Positions 38,402 through 49,197 of a stretch of 64,000 nucleotides of DNA are shown here, piece by piece; position 1 is the stretch's first letter; each line of letters opens with the position of its first letter. The position numbers and the translations under genes are program-made. The stretch is taken from assembly GCA_963845565.1 (NCBI GenBank), contig CAWJSJ010000001.1, forward strand, positions 704,001-768,000, written 5' to 3'. The DNA is from an uncultured Methylomirabilota bacterium. Its GTDB lineage: Bacteria; Methylomirabilota; Methylomirabilia; Methylomirabilales; 2-02-FULL-66-22. The notes below the pieces were generated by a model. That model saw only the letters and a list, made by a program, of their open reading frames with translations, did not search any database and had not been told where the DNA came from.

Positions 38402-39745
38402 GTGTTTTCTAAGGTATTGATTGCAAATCGCGGCGAAATTGCCGTCCGGATCATTCGGGCGTGTCAAGAGCTCGACATCCGAACGGTGGCGGTCTATTCC
38501 CAGGCCGACCGGCAGGCCCTGCACGTCGAGTTGGCGGACGAGGCCGTGTGCATCGGCGCACCGCCCGCCAGTCAGAGCTACCTGAAACTGGATCGGATTA
38601 TCAGCGCGGCCGGGATCGTAGGCGCCGACGCCATCCATCCCGGGTACGGGTTCCTGGCGGAGAATCCGCATTTCGCGGAGGTCTGCGAGCAGTGCGGGAT
38701 TGCCTTCATCGGCCCCTCGGCCGCCAGTATCCGGCTGATGGGCGACAAGGCCGCCGCCCGCCGGGCGGCCGAGGCCGAGGGCGTTCCTGTGCTCCCCGGA
38801 AGTCGGCACCCGGTCCGGGATCTCGACGAGGCCAAGCGACTCGCGCGCGAGATCGGGTTCCCGCTCATCATCAAGGCGAGCGCCGGCGGGGGCGGCAAGG
38901 GCATGCGCGTGGTGACCGGGCCCGACGACCTCGAGTCGGCTCTGGCCACGGCCGCTGCAGAAGCGGCCGCCGCCTTCGGGGACGCCGCCGTCTACCTGGA
39001 GCGCTTTCTGCCCGATCCGCGTCACGTGGAGATCCAGATCTTGATGGACGGGGAGGGAAACGGCGTCCACCTGGGCGAACGGGATTGTTCCATCCAGCGG
39101 CGACACCAGAAACTGCTGGAAGAGGCCCCCTCACCGGCGCTCAGCGAGACGCAGCGCCGGGCCATGGGAGAGTCAGCCCTGCGTATCGCCAAGGCCGCGG
39201 GGTACCGGAACGCCGGGACCGTGGAGTTCCTGCTGGACCCGCGCGGCGGGTATTTTTTCATGGAGATGAACACCCGCGTGCAGGTCGAGCATCCGGTCAC
39301 CGAGATGGTCACCGGGTTGGACATCGTCAAGGCCCAGCTCCGGATCGCCTCCGGCGAGCCGCTCGGTCTCTGCCAGGCCGATATCCGGGTCCTCGGTCAC
39401 AGCCTGGAGTGCCGGATCAACGCGGAAGATCCGGAGCGATTCCTTCCCTCCCCGGGACTCCTCACCGCGCTTCGCCTGCCGGGTGGGCCGGGTGTGCGGG
39501 TGGACACCCATGCCTATGCCGGGTACCTCGTGCCACCGTTCTATGATTCGCTGCTCGCCAAAGTGATTGCGCACGGACGGACGCGGGACGAGGCCGTGCG
39601 CTGCATGCGGCGCGCCCTGCACGAAATGCGGGTCGAGGGGGTCAAAACGACCATTCCGGTGCATCAGCGCATTCTGCAGCACCCGGACTTCCTGGCGGGG
39701 CGGACCTCGACGCAGTTCCTCACCCGGTTGCTGGCGGAACGCTGA
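38402..39745 (+). CDS. accC: Biotin carboxylase
   Basis: [50 protein letters not shown]. Confidence 0.97.
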   Translation: MFSKVLIANRGEIAVRIIRACQELDIRTVAVYSQADRQALHVELADEAVCIGAPPASQSYLKLDRIISAAGIVGADAIHPGYGFLAENPHFAEVCEQCGIAFIGPSAASIRLMGDKAAARRAAEAEGVPVLPGSRHPVRDLDEAKRLAREIGFPLIIKASAGGGGKGMRVVTGPDDLESALATAAAEAAAAFGDAAVYLERFLPDPRHVEIQILMDGEGNGVHLGERDCSIQRRHQKLLEEAPSPALSETQRRAMGESALRIAKAAGYRNAGTVEFLLDPRGGYFFMEMNTRVQVEHPVTEMVTGLDIVKAQLRIASGEPLGLCQADIRVLGHSLECRINAEDPERFLPSPGLLTALRLPGGPGVRVDTHAYAGYLVPPFYDSLLAKVIAHGRTRDEAVRCMRRALHEMRVEGVKTTIPVHQRILQHPDFLAGRTSTQFLTRLLAER

Positions 39746-40383
39746 TGCTCGGCCAGTTGCATCTCTGCGTGATCACCGATCCCACCCTGGCGCCCGGTCG
39801 AGACCACGTGGCCATCGCCGAAGCGGCGTTGGCGGGCGGGGCCGACATGATTCAACTGCGCGACAAGACGGGCACCCTGCGCGATCTGCTGCCGCAGGCG
39901 CGCGCCATCCAGGCGCGGTGTCGGGCGCACGGGGCGTTGTTTATCGTGAACGACCGAGTGGATCTCGCGCTTGCCGCGGACGCGGACGGGGCCCATGTCG
40001 GCCAAGAAGATCTTCCGGCGGCAAATGCTCGGCGGCTCCTGGGACCCCGACGACTTCTGGGTGTCTCCACCCACAGCCTCGTGCAGGCCGAAGCGGCGCA
40101 ACAGGTCGGAGCCAACTACATCGGCTTCGGCCCGATGTTTGCCACAGGCACGAAGGAAACGGGCTACACCCCGCGCGGGCTGGACGCCCTCCGCGAAATT
40201 CGCAAGGTCGTGGCGCTTCCCATCCTGGCCATCGGTGGCATCTCGCTTTCCAATGTCGCGGAAGTGATTTCAGCCGGCGCCACAGCCCCCGCGGTCATCT
40301 CGGCGGTGGTGGGGACCGCAGACATCACGGCGACGGCAGCGGCGTTTCGACAGAGAGTGGTGGCGGCCAAAGCCCGAGGCTGA
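39745..40383 (+). CDS. thiE: Thiamine-phosphate synthase
   Basis: QLRDK, VNDRVD, GAHVGQED, GVSTH, AIGGI. Confidence 0.95.
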   Translation: MLGQLHLCVITDPTLAPGRDHVAIAEAALAGGADMIQLRDKTGTLRDLLPQARAIQARCRAHGALFIVNDRVDLALAADADGAHVGQEDLPAANARRLLGPRRLLGVSTHSLVQAEAAQQVGANYIGFGPMFATGTKETGYTPRGLDALREIRKVVALPILAIGGISLSNVAEVISAGATAPAVISAVVGTADITATAAAFRQRVVAAKARG

Positions 40384-40615
40384 GACCGACCCTCGGACGC
40401 CGTCTGAGATGCTCATGCGATGGGCAGCGCGCCGGAACACTGCCGATCGGATACGCAGATGGCCGATGGCGTTCGGTCACTTGGAATCGCCTCGATGGCG
40501 TGGATTTCTGTGACCGACGGGGTGTTATGAATCCTACCGAGACAAGAAGGCTGGCGGCGATCCCAAGGCACGAAAAATGCTCATTTTGAAGCGGTATGTG
40601 GAACGGTCTGCGTGC

Positions 40616-40644
40616 TTGACAGGGGGCCTCAACCCACATATCAT
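40616..40644 (+). promoter_or_regulatory. Near-consensus sigma70 promoter for the liv operon
   Basis: TTGACA, 17 nt, TATCAT. Confidence 0.75.
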
Positions 40645-40759
40645 CCCATCCCTGCGCACCGGACAGACCAGCCAGGAACATTCGACGAATGGACCGTCCG
40701 CATGGAGCGGTCGGGACGCTCGTGCAACTGGGGGTATCCTCGGAAGGGAGGGACGTGTC

Positions 40760-41965
40760 ATGAGACGTACGGTGAGCCTTTGGTATGTCGGCATCGCGGT
40801 GGTGGTGATGGCGCTCGCGTTCTCGGCGCCGGCACTGGCGGGCGAGGCAAAGGGAACCATCAAGATCGCGACCCAGAGTCCGCTGTCCGGAGACCAGGCC
40901 GCCATCGGCGAAGGCATCAAGCTAGGCGCCCAGCTCGCGATCGAACAGTTGAAGGGTCCCGTCGAGAAGGCGGGGTTCAAGGTCGAGTTGGTCCCCTTCG
41001 ACGACCAGGCCAAACCGGACGTCGGAGTGGCCAACGCCAAGAACATGATCACCGACAAGGACATCCTGGCGGTGGTCGGACATTACAACTCCGGTGTGGC
41101 GATCCCGTCGTCCGAGATCTATAAGGAGGCGATGCTTGTCCAGATCTCTCCCGCCAACACCAACCCGGTCGTGACGGATCGGAACTATCCCAACGTGAAC
41201 CGGGTGTGTGGCCGTGACGACGTCCAGGGTGTAGTGGGGGCGGAGTTCGCCAAGAGCCTCGGGGTCAAGACGGCGTACGTGATCCACGACAAGACCACCT
41301 ACGGTCAGAGCATCGCCGAATTCTTCCGCGACCACGCCAAGAAGCTCGGTATCGAGGTCGTGGGGTTCGAGGGCACCGAGGAGAAGTCCAACTTCGACCC
41401 GATCCTGACCCCGGTGAAGGCAAAGAACCCGGATCTGATCTACTTCGGCGGCATCTACTCGCAGGCCGGCCCCCTCTATAAGCAGGCACGGGAGAAGGGG
41501 ATCAAGGCCAAACTGATGGGGCCGGACGGCGTCGACTCTTCCGACCTGGCGAAGATCGCAGGCGAGGCCATCGTGGGGATGCACTACACCACGGTAGCCG
41601 GCCCGGTTTCCATGTACCCCAAGTCCAAGGAGTTCGCCACGGCCTACAAGAACAAGTTCAAGAAAGACCCGGAGCCCTTCGCGGCACAGGCCTATGATTC
41701 GGCGGCGATTGCGCTCAAGGCGATCGAGGCCGCCATCAAAGGGGCCGGCGGAAAGATGCCGTCCCGTGACGCGGTGACCAAGGAAGTCCGCAAGGTCAAG
41801 TACTCGGGTCTGACGGGTAACGTCGAATTCGACGGCAAGGGCGACCCCAAGAAGGCGCTCTACTTCGTCATTCAAGTCGTGTCGGCGGATCCCGCCAAGT
41901 GGGGCGACAACAAGGAAGCCAAGCGCCTCGAGATCGCTGCCCCAGCCCTGAAGAAGACGAAGTAG
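40760..41965 (+). CDS. livK: Branched-chain amino acid ABC transporter substrate-binding protein
   Basis: Signal peptide, PLSG, DDQAKP, VVGHYNSG, HDKTTYG. Confidence 0.9.
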   Translation: MRRTVSLWYVGIAVVVMALAFSAPALAGEAKGTIKIATQSPLSGDQAAIGEGIKLGAQLAIEQLKGPVEKAGFKVELVPFDDQAKPDVGVANAKNMITDKDILAVVGHYNSGVAIPSSEIYKEAMLVQISPANTNPVVTDRNYPNVNRVCGRDDVQGVVGAEFAKSLGVKTAYVIHDKTTYGQSIAEFFRDHAKKLGIEVVGFEGTEEKSNFDPILTPVKAKNPDLIYFGGIYSQAGPLYKQAREKGIKAKLMGPDGVDSSDLAKIAGEAIVGMHYTTVAGPVSMYPKSKEFATAYKNKFKKDPEPFAAQAYDSAAIALKAIEAAIKGAGGKMPSRDAVTKEVRKVKYSGLTGNVEFDGKGDPKKALYFVIQVVSADPAKWGDNKEAKRLEIAAPALKKTK

Positions 41966-41979
41966 CCGCAACGTCCTGG

Positions 41980-42021
41980 ACGAAGGGGAGGGGTCGGCCG
42001 TGGACCCCTCCCCTTCGTTTT
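41980..42021 (+). terminator. Intra-operon 16-bp hairpin after the binding-protein gene
   Basis: ACGAAGGGGAGGGGTC / GACCCCTCCCCTTCGT followed by TTT. Confidence 0.7.
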
Positions 42022-42037
42022 CACCGCGACCATAGGC

Positions 42038-43009
42038 ATGGACTTTCCGCTGCTGATCGCCATTTTTCCGCAGGTCGTCCTGGATGGACTCATCCTGGGC
42101 TTCATGTACGCCCTGATCGCCTTGGGCTACACGATGGTCTACGGGGTGTTGGAGTTCATCAATTTCGCCCATAGCGAGATCTTCATCTTCGGGGCGTTCG
42201 TCGGGGTCGAGATCCTGCTGGGCCTCAAGGCATTCGGCGTGCTGGGGAGTCTGTCGCCGTTCCTGGTCCTGGTGTTGCTGCTCATCGCCGGGATGGCGGC
42301 GAGCGCGCTCCTGGCCGTGGTGGTCGAGCGGGTGGCCTACCGCCCGCTGCGGGGCGCGCCGCGGCTGGTTCCGCTCATCTCGGCGATCGGCGTCTCGTTT
42401 TTCCTTCAGGATGCCATCCGACTCGTCGAGAGCGTCTGGAACAACGCGTTCAATCTCGTCTATCCAACCATGCCGCAATTGAACGTCCGATACAACATCA
42501 CCGAGGCCATCGACGTGCCGATGAAGTCGCTCGTGGTGATCGTCAGCGCGCTCCTGATGCTCTGGTGTTTGCACTTGATCGTCAACAAGACAAAGGTCGG
42601 AAAGGCGATCCGGGCCGTCGCCGAGGATCAGCCCACCGCCAGCCTGATGGGGATCAACGTCAACCGGATCATCTCACTGACATTTTTGATCGGGGGCGCC
42701 ATGGGGGGTGCGGCGGGCGTTCTCTTCGGCGTGCAGTACAGCCTGATCAATCCGTACTCCGGTTTCATCCCGGGTCTCAAGGCGTTCACGGCGGCGGTCC
42801 TCGGGGGGATCGGCAACATCCCCGGCGCGATGATGGGCGGCCTCGTGCTGGGTTTGCTGGAGGCCTTCGCGGCGTCGTATCTCTCGCTGCTGACGGGGGG
42901 GGCGTTTGGCGCGGAGTACAAGGACATCTTTGCCTTCTCCGTTCTGATCCTGATCCTGATCTTCCGTCCCAAGGGCCTCCTGGGAGAGGTCGTGAGGGAG
43001 CGCGCGTAA
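42038..43009 (+). CDS. livH: Branched-chain amino acid ABC permease
   Basis: YALIALGYTMVYG..INFAH, GKAIRAVAED, KAFTAAVLGGIG. Confidence 0.94.
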   Translation: MDFPLLIAIFPQVVLDGLILGFMYALIALGYTMVYGVLEFINFAHSEIFIFGAFVGVEILLGLKAFGVLGSLSPFLVLVLLLIAGMAASALLAVVVERVAYRPLRGAPRLVPLISAIGVSFFLQDAIRLVESVWNNAFNLVYPTMPQLNVRYNITEAIDVPMKSLVVIVSALLMLWCLHLIVNKTKVGKAIRAVAEDQPTASLMGINVNRIISLTFLIGGAMGGAAGVLFGVQYSLINPYSGFIPGLKAFTAAVLGGIGNIPGAMMGGLVLGLLEAFAASYLSLLTGGAFGAEYKDIFAFSVLILILIFRPKGLLGEVVRERA

Positions 43010-44284
43010 GTGAGCTGGCTCAGCGCCATCCTCAATCGTCCCTGGTCCGCCACCGTCCTCGTCGTGGCGGTCCTCGGCCTGTCGTGTGTCGCGGTGGCGA
43101 GCAGCCCCCGATCCGTCCTGGCGTTCCTCTTGTTCCAGACGTCAATCCTGCTGATCTATCTCGCGCGCATCCCGCGCTGGTGGAAGCTATCCCTGGGCGT
43201 CCTCACCCTGGGCGTCCTCATGCCGATCCTCGGGACCATCAACGGGTATTACATGGAGGTGGCCACCCAGGTCGGCATCTTCGTCGCGCTGGCCCTGGGC
43301 CTGAACATCGTGGTGGGCCTGGCCGGATTGCTCGACCTCGGGTACGTCGCCTTTTATGCGGTGGGCGCCTACTCGTGGGCGATCTTCGGCTCCCCGCAAG
43401 CCGAGAAATTCGTGTCCGAAGCGATCATGAGCTTCCCTTTGTCGGGTGGGTGGTTCTTCGTTTTCCTGATTGTCGGCGTGGTCGTCTCGGCGACCACCGG
43501 CATCCTGCTCGGCCTGCCCGTCCTGCGGCTGCGGGGCGACTATCTGGCGGTCGTTACCCTGGGCTTCGGTGAGGTGATCCGCGTCCTCGCCAACAACCTG
43601 GACAAGCCCATCAACCTCACCAACGGTCCGCAGGGGATTACCCCGATCGTACGTCCCCCCCTGTTCTTCCAGCCGCTCTTGCACGCGGTCGGGATCGAGG
43701 CCTCGCCGTCGGCGCTGTACCCCCTGTACTTTTATTTCTTGGTCTTGCTGATCGTCATGGTGGTCATCCTGGTCAACCGACGACTGGAGGATTCCCACAT
43801 CGGTCGGGCCTGGGAGGCGATTCGCGAGGATGAGATGGCCGCCATCAGCATGGGGGTCCCCCTGGTGCGCATGAAGCTCCTGGCCTTTGCCTGCGGAGCC
43901 TCGTTCGCCGGCGCGATGGGGGTCGTGTTCAGCGCCAAGCAGGTGTTCATCAATCCCGAGTCGTTCACCTTCCTCGAATCGATCGGGGTGCTCTCGATGG
44001 TGATCCTCGGCGGGATGGGGTCGATTCCTGGGGCCATCCTGGGGGCGACGGCCGTGACGGTGCTCAACCTCCAGGTGCTGAAAGGATTCTCGCTCTGGCT
44101 CAACGAGCTTCGGAACGCGGGCGTGACCATCCTGGGCTACAACCTGGCCCATCTCCCGACGCAGCTCGAGCCGGCCAAGTACGAACGCATGATCTTCGGG
44201 GTCATCCTCATCCTGATGATGATCTACCGTCCGCAGGGGATCCTTCCCGCCCGGCGGCGGAGCCGCGAGTTGGGGGACGGGTAG
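43010..44284 (+). CDS. livM: Branched-chain amino acid ABC permease
   Basis: GLNIVVGLAGLLDLGY, LRLRGDYLAVVTLGFGE, AIREDE. Confidence 0.94.
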   Translation: MSWLSAILNRPWSATVLVVAVLGLSCVAVASSPRSVLAFLLFQTSILLIYLARIPRWWKLSLGVLTLGVLMPILGTINGYYMEVATQVGIFVALALGLNIVVGLAGLLDLGYVAFYAVGAYSWAIFGSPQAEKFVSEAIMSFPLSGGWFFVFLIVGVVVSATTGILLGLPVLRLRGDYLAVVTLGFGEVIRVLANNLDKPINLTNGPQGITPIVRPPLFFQPLLHAVGIEASPSALYPLYFYFLVLLIVMVVILVNRRLEDSHIGRAWEAIREDEMAAISMGVPLVRMKLLAFACGASFAGAMGVVFSAKQVFINPESFTFLESIGVLSMVILGGMGSIPGAILGATAVTVLNLQVLKGFSLWLNELRNAGVTILGYNLAHLPTQLEPAKYERMIFGVILILMMIYRPQGILPARRRSRELGDG

Positions 44285-45082
44285 ATGGGCGTTCTCCTCA
44301 CGGTGGAAGGGGTCACCAAGCGCTTTGGCGGACTGACGGCCCTTGCGGGCGTGAACCTGTCGCTCGAGGAAGGGACGATCAGCTCGGTGATCGGGCCGAA
44401 TGGCGCCGGCAAGACCACGCTGTTCAACGTCCTCACGGGCGTCTATCAGTCCGACGGCGGACAGATCACCTTTCGGGGCCAGTCGTTGCGGGGGCTGCGA
44501 CCGGACCAGATCACGGCCCTGGGGATGTGCCGTACCTTCCAGAACATCCGCCTGTTTGCCAACATGACCGTCGTCGAGAACGTTCTGGTCGGCATGCACA
44601 GCCGCGTCCCGCTCTCCCTGGTCGACGTGCTGCGCCGGACCCAACGATTTCACCGGGAGGAGGGCCAGCTCTGGAGCCGGGCATCGAGACTCCTCGAGGT
44701 GGTCGGCCTCCGCGCCAAGGCGAACGAGGTCGCCAAGAACCTGCCCTACGGCGAGCAGCGTCGATTGGAACTCGCGCGCGCGCTGGCCTCGACGCCCACC
44801 CTCCTTCTCCTCGACGAGCCGACGGCCGGGATGACCCAGGGAGAGGCGCGGAGCCTGATGGCGCTGCTCCGACGACTGATCGCAGAGTATCGGCTGACAA
44901 TCCTCCTGATCGAGCACAACATGCGCGTAGTCATGGGGGTGTCGGATCGCGTGACGGTGCTGGACTACGGCGAGAAGATCGCCGAAGGAGAACCCGCCGC
45001 CGTCCAGAAAGACCCCCGGGTCATCGAGGCGTATCTGGGGCGAAAGCGCTGGGGGGCCAAGGCGGGAGAGGCCCATGCTTGA
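44285..45082 (+). CDS. livG: Branched-chain amino acid ABC ATPase
   Basis: GPNGAGKTT, RTFQNIRLF, LPYGEQRRLE, VIEAYLG. Confidence 0.94.
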   Translation: MGVLLTVEGVTKRFGGLTALAGVNLSLEEGTISSVIGPNGAGKTTLFNVLTGVYQSDGGQITFRGQSLRGLRPDQITALGMCRTFQNIRLFANMTVVENVLVGMHSRVPLSLVDVLRRTQRFHREEGQLWSRASRLLEVVGLRAKANEVAKNLPYGEQRRLELARALASTPTLLLLDEPTAGMTQGEARSLMALLRRLIAEYRLTILLIEHNMRVVMGVSDRVTVLDYGEKIAEGEPAAVQKDPRVIEAYLGRKRWGAKAGEAHA

Positions 45083-45782
45083 GATAGAAGATCTCCACGT
45101 CTATTACGGGGAGATCCACGCCCTCAAGGGGATCTCGCTCCGCGTGGCGCAAGGAGAGATCGTGGCCCTGCTCGGCAACAACGGGGCCGGCAAGACGACG
45201 ACGCTGAAGACGATTTCGGGGCTGCTCCGTCCGCGCACCGGCCACGTGCTCCTCGAAGGGCGTCCCATCCACCAGCTGGCTCCGCACGAGATCGTGGCGC
45301 GCGGCGTGGCGCAGTCACCGGAAGGCCGAAAGATCTTCAACCGGCTGACGGTGACCGAGAATTTGGATATGGGGGCGTACCTGCGCAACGATGCCGCCAT
45401 TCGACGGGACATGGACCACATTTTCGAGCTGTTTCCGCGCTTGCGGGAGCGCCGGCAGCAGACGGCGGGCACACTCTCGGGTGGGGAGCAGCAGATGCTG
45501 GCGATGGGTCGCGCGTTGATGGCGCGGCCACGGATCCTCTTGTTGGACGAACCGTCCATGGGCCTGGCGCCCATCTTGGTAGAACAGATCTTCGAGACCG
45601 TGGCCGACATCAACCGACAGGGGACGACCATTCTGCTGGTGGAGCAGAATGCCGCCATCGCCTTGTCGGTCGCCCATCGCGGGTACGTCTTGGAGACGGG
45701 GAGCATCGCGCTGACGGGCGGGGCAGCCGAGCTTTCCGAGCACCCCGAGGTCCAGCGGGCGTACCTCGGGGAGACGGCGTAA
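45075..45782 (+). CDS. livF: Branched-chain amino acid ABC ATPase
   Basis: GNNGAGKTT, PEGRKIF, LSGGEQQML, LDEPSMGLAP. Confidence 0.95.
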   Translation: MLEIEDLHVYYGEIHALKGISLRVAQGEIVALLGNNGAGKTTTLKTISGLLRPRTGHVLLEGRPIHQLAPHEIVARGVAQSPEGRKIFNRLTVTENLDMGAYLRNDAAIRRDMDHIFELFPRLRERRQQTAGTLSGGEQQMLAMGRALMARPRILLLDEPSMGLAPILVEQIFETVADINRQGTTILLVEQNAAIALSVAHRGYVLETGSIALTGGAAELSEHPEVQRAYLGETA

Positions 45783-45788
45783 TCACCG

Positions 45789-46952
45789 ATGCGAGGGCTG
45801 TGGCTCTCCCTCCTGTTGATGTGGGCCCACCCGGTGGAGGCGGGGGAACTCGTTCCGATACGGCTGGGACTGGTCGTCCCCATGGCAAGCGAGGCCGGGC
45901 CCGTGGCGCAGAGCATGCATCACGCCGCCGAGATGGCGATTCTCGATCGCGGCACCGTCCTCGGGCGCCCGGTCGCGCTCCGTGTGCAGGACGATCCGTT
46001 CGACCCCAAGCAGGCTACGGTCACCGCCGAGCGGTTCGTGCTGGAGGGGGTCTGGGGCGTGGTCGGCCACTTCTATTCCAGCTCTTCGGTCCCGGCCTCC
46101 GCGATCTACCACCAGGCGGGTATTCCCATGGTCACCGCGACCGCGACGCACCCGCGTCTGACAGCGCAGGGGTTCGGGAACGTATTTCGAGTGGCGGGGC
46201 GGGACGACCAGCAGGCGGTCACCGCGGCCGAGTGGATCGTGACGCGCGCCAAGGCCCGTCGGATCGCGATCGTGCACGATCGGACGGAATACGGCCAGGG
46301 GCTGGCGGACGCGCTCCGGCGCGAGATCGAGCGGCGGCCGCCGCGGCGCGTGGTGGCGATCGAGACGCTGGCGCAGGGCGATAAGGACTTCACGGCGCAA
46401 GTCGGTCGAGTGCGAGCCAGCCGTCCGGACGTCGTCTACTTCGGGGGCATCTTTCGTGAAGCCGCATATCTGCTCCGGCAGTTGCGCCAGGCCGGGGTGT
46501 CGGCGACCTTCGTGAGTGGGGACGCGGTCCTGGATCCCGAGTTCGTGAAGCTGGCCGGCGACGACGTCGCGGCCGGAGCGTATCTGACCTTCGCCCCCGA
46601 CCCGCGCCTGCGGGATTCCGCGCGCCCGGTGATTCAGCGGTACGAATCGCGGTACGGAACCCTCGGCCCCTACGTGCTCTACGTCTACGACGCCGTGGGG
46701 GTCCTGCTTCGTGCCATCCAGACCGGCAGGCCGACCGACGGCAGTCCCGACGAGCTACGCAAAGTGGCGCGAGCGATCCGGGGTCACGCCTACCCGGGCG
46801 CGCTGGGGACGCTCCGCTGGGACGCGCATGGCGACCTGGCAGCGTCTCCGTACGTGATGTACGTGGTCCGGCAGGGTGGCGCCGTTCAGGGCTGGTTCGA
46901 GCAAGTGCCGGCCACCGGCCCGCCCCCCGCGGCGAAACCGCCGCAGCGCTAG
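45789..46952 (+). CDS. Second branched-chain amino acid ABC substrate-binding protein
   Basis: Signal peptide, VVGHFYSS, FRVAGRDDQQ, HDRTEYGQGLA. Confidence 0.88.
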   Translation: MRGLWLSLLLMWAHPVEAGELVPIRLGLVVPMASEAGPVAQSMHHAAEMAILDRGTVLGRPVALRVQDDPFDPKQATVTAERFVLEGVWGVVGHFYSSSSVPASAIYHQAGIPMVTATATHPRLTAQGFGNVFRVAGRDDQQAVTAAEWIVTRAKARRIAIVHDRTEYGQGLADALRREIERRPPRRVVAIETLAQGDKDFTAQVGRVRASRPDVVYFGGIFREAAYLLRQLRQAGVSATFVSGDAVLDPEFVKLAGDDVAAGAYLTFAPDPRLRDSARPVIQRYESRYGTLGPYVLYVYDAVGVLLRAIQTGRPTDGSPDELRKVARAIRGHAYPGALGTLRWDAHGDLAASPYVMYVVRQGGAVQGWFEQVPATGPPPAAKPPQR

Positions 46953-47000
46953 AATTCGGTTGGGCTCACCGACCCGCGTCGCCGAGGAAGGAGATCCGTC

Positions 47001-47642
47001 GTGAAGACTCGCACCGTTGTCGTGGATCCCAAGACGCCGCAGACCGAGGTCGTCCAGCAGGCGGTGGAGGCGCTGCGCCGCGGAGGACTCGTCGCGTTTC
47101 CCACCGATACGCTGTACGCCCTGGGCGCGGACGCCTTGGCTGCCGATGCCATCGAGCGCGTTCTGATGGTGAAGGGGCGCCATCGTGGAAAGCCCCTGAG
47201 TATCCTGGTCCCGTCGGTGGAGGCCATCGTGGCGCTCGGCGTCTCGCTGGGCGACGGTGTCCGCGGTCTGATGGAGGCCTTTTGGCCAGGACCGCTGACG
47301 GTGGTCGTCAAGGCCCCCGGGCGGTTCCCAGCCACGCTCACGGCGGCCACCGGCACCATCGGCCTGCGGATCCCGGGCGGTGCCGTGGCGCAGTCGATTC
47401 TGACGGCATTCGGCGGTCCCATCATCGGGACCAGCGCCAACAAAGCGGGCGGGGCCGATCCTGCGGATGCCAAGACCGTCCAGCGAGCCGTCGGCGGTCA
47501 GATCGATCTGATTCTCGACGGAGGACGCGTCGCCCTGGGCGTGCCCTCGACGGTCATCGATTGCAGCGTGGAGCCCGCCCGGCTCCTCCGGGAAGGCGCC
47601 GTTCCCCGCGCCACGCTGGCCGCCAAGATCGCCCTTGCCTGA
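47001..47642 (+). CDS. tsaC: Threonylcarbamoyl-AMP synthase (TsaC/Sua5/YrdC)
   Basis: AFPTDTLYALG, KGR, FWPGPLT, TSAN, STVID. Confidence 0.92.
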   Translation: MKTRTVVVDPKTPQTEVVQQAVEALRRGGLVAFPTDTLYALGADALAADAIERVLMVKGRHRGKPLSILVPSVEAIVALGVSLGDGVRGLMEAFWPGPLTVVVKAPGRFPATLTAATGTIGLRIPGGAVAQSILTAFGGPIIGTSANKAGGADPADAKTVQRAVGGQIDLILDGGRVALGVPSTVIDCSVEPARLLREGAVPRATLAAKIALA

Positions 47643-49089
47643 CTCGGCCGATCCTGCGGATGACAGGACCCCTCTCGCCGCTGACCCCGTTGCGCCGGAA
47701 ACACCGCGGAGGCAACGGTGGTGGACGCTCGTCTGCGTCAGCTTCGGCGCCTTCATGGCGCCGCTCGACTCCAGTATCATTCACACAACCCTGCCGCTGA
47801 TCGCGCGGGAGTTCCGCGTCGACGTGCTGCGCATCGAATGGGTGGTCCTCGCCTATCTGCTGACGCTCAGCAGTCTCCTCTTGATCGGTGGGCGGCTCGG
47901 AGACCGGCTGGGCGAGCGGCCACTGTTTGTCGGCGGATTCGCGCTGTTCACGGTCGGTTCGCTGCTCTGTGGTCTGGCCCAAGGCGTCGGCACGCTGATC
48001 GTTTCCAGGGTGGCGCAGGCCGCGGGGGGCTCCCTGCTGATCGCCCTCGGGCCTGCCATGCTGACGCGAGCCTTCCCAGCCTCCCAGCGGGGCCGTGTCC
48101 TGGGCGTTCAGGCATCCGTCGTGTATCTCGGCCTCACAATCGGGCCGGGGCTGGGCGGGTTGATCGCCTCCAGCTTCGGCTGGCGGTGGGTGTTCCTCGT
48201 CAATTTGCCGATCGGGCTGGCCGCCATCGGGACCGCCTTGGCCGTCCTGCAGGACGGCCCGGGTCGCACCCGGCGAGACCCGTTCGACTTGGCGGGCGCT
48301 TGCCTGTTCGCCGCCGGCCTCGTGGCGTTCGTTTTCGCGATCTCGCGGGGAGCGGAGATCGGCTGGAACGCCGCAGCTCCTCGGATCGCCGCCCTGAGCG
48401 CCGCCGCGGCGGCCGCGACGTTTGTCGCGAGAGCGCTTCGCCACCCCCACCCCTTCTTGGACCTTCGGCTCTTTCGGCACCGCCTGTTCGCGGCGGCGAC
48501 GCTGAGCGCGCTCTGCAACTACATGGCGAGTGCCACCACAGCCTTCCTGACCCCCTTCTACCTGATTCGCGGAAACCATCTGACGCCGGATCGCGCCGGG
48601 GCGCTGCTCATGACGATGCCCCTCACCATGGCGCTGGTGGCTCCACTCAGCGGCTGGCTCTCCGATCGGATCGGTTCGCGCCTTCCCACCGTCGCGGGGA
48701 TGATCTGCGTGGCGGCCGGCATGTGGATGCTCGGCGGTTCGGGCCCGGCGCCCCGCGAGGCCGAGGTAGCTCTCCGCCTCGCCGTCGTCGGCCTGGGGGT
48801 CGGCCTGTTCACCTCGCCCAACAACAGCGCGATCATGGGCGCCGTCCCTCAGGCGCTCCAGGGGCTGGCGAGCGGTTTGGTGGCGACTGCCCGAACGCTG
48901 GGAATGATCTTGGGCGTGACCGTCTCGGGAGCGCTCTTCGGTGCGGGAATTCAGCGGCTCTTGCCCGGGACCGGACAGGATGCGGTGGCGGTGGTGCAGG
49001 CCTACGGGCACGCGATGCGGATCGTGGCCGCCGTGGCCGCGGCGGGCGCCCTCGCGAGCCTCGTGCGAGGCCGCAGGAACGCGGCCTAG
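47635..49089 (+). CDS. MFS transporter, DHA2/EmrB-like
   Basis: LDSSII, GGRLGDRLG, GPGLGG, WRWVFLVNLPIG; many hydrophobic segments. Confidence 0.9.
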   Translation: MPDSADPADDRTPLAADPVAPETPRRQRWWTLVCVSFGAFMAPLDSSIIHTTLPLIAREFRVDVLRIEWVVLAYLLTLSSLLLIGGRLGDRLGERPLFVGGFALFTVGSLLCGLAQGVGTLIVSRVAQAAGGSLLIALGPAMLTRAFPASQRGRVLGVQASVVYLGLTIGPGLGGLIASSFGWRWVFLVNLPIGLAAIGTALAVLQDGPGRTRRDPFDLAGACLFAAGLVAFVFAISRGAEIGWNAAAPRIAALSAAAAAATFVARALRHPHPFLDLRLFRHRLFAAATLSALCNYMASATTAFLTPFYLIRGNHLTPDRAGALLMTMPLTMALVAPLSGWLSDRIGSRLPTVAGMICVAAGMWMLGGSGPAPREAEVALRLAVVGLGVGLFTSPNNSAIMGAVPQALQGLASGLVATARTLGMILGVTVSGALFGAGIQRLLPGTGQDAVAVVQAYGHAMRIVAAVAAAGALASLVRGRRNAA

Positions 49090-49125
49090 CCCGCCCGGCG
49101 CGATGTCGCCGGACCGAGATACCGC

Positions 49126-49155
49126 TTGAACCGGCGAAAATTGACGTGCTACACT
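49126..49155 (+). promoter_or_regulatory. Putative extended -10 promoter for relA/spoT
   Basis: TTGAAC, 18 nt ending TGC, TACACT. Confidence 0.4.
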
Positions 49156-49197
49156 CCCACCAGACGTGACTATAGCGCAGCGCAGATAGGCGACGGC

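Noticed and set aside
40384..40560. CTGAGA near thiE as a possible TPP riboswitch
   Set aside because: It lies downstream of thiE and lacks the ACCTGAT and other conserved TPP elements
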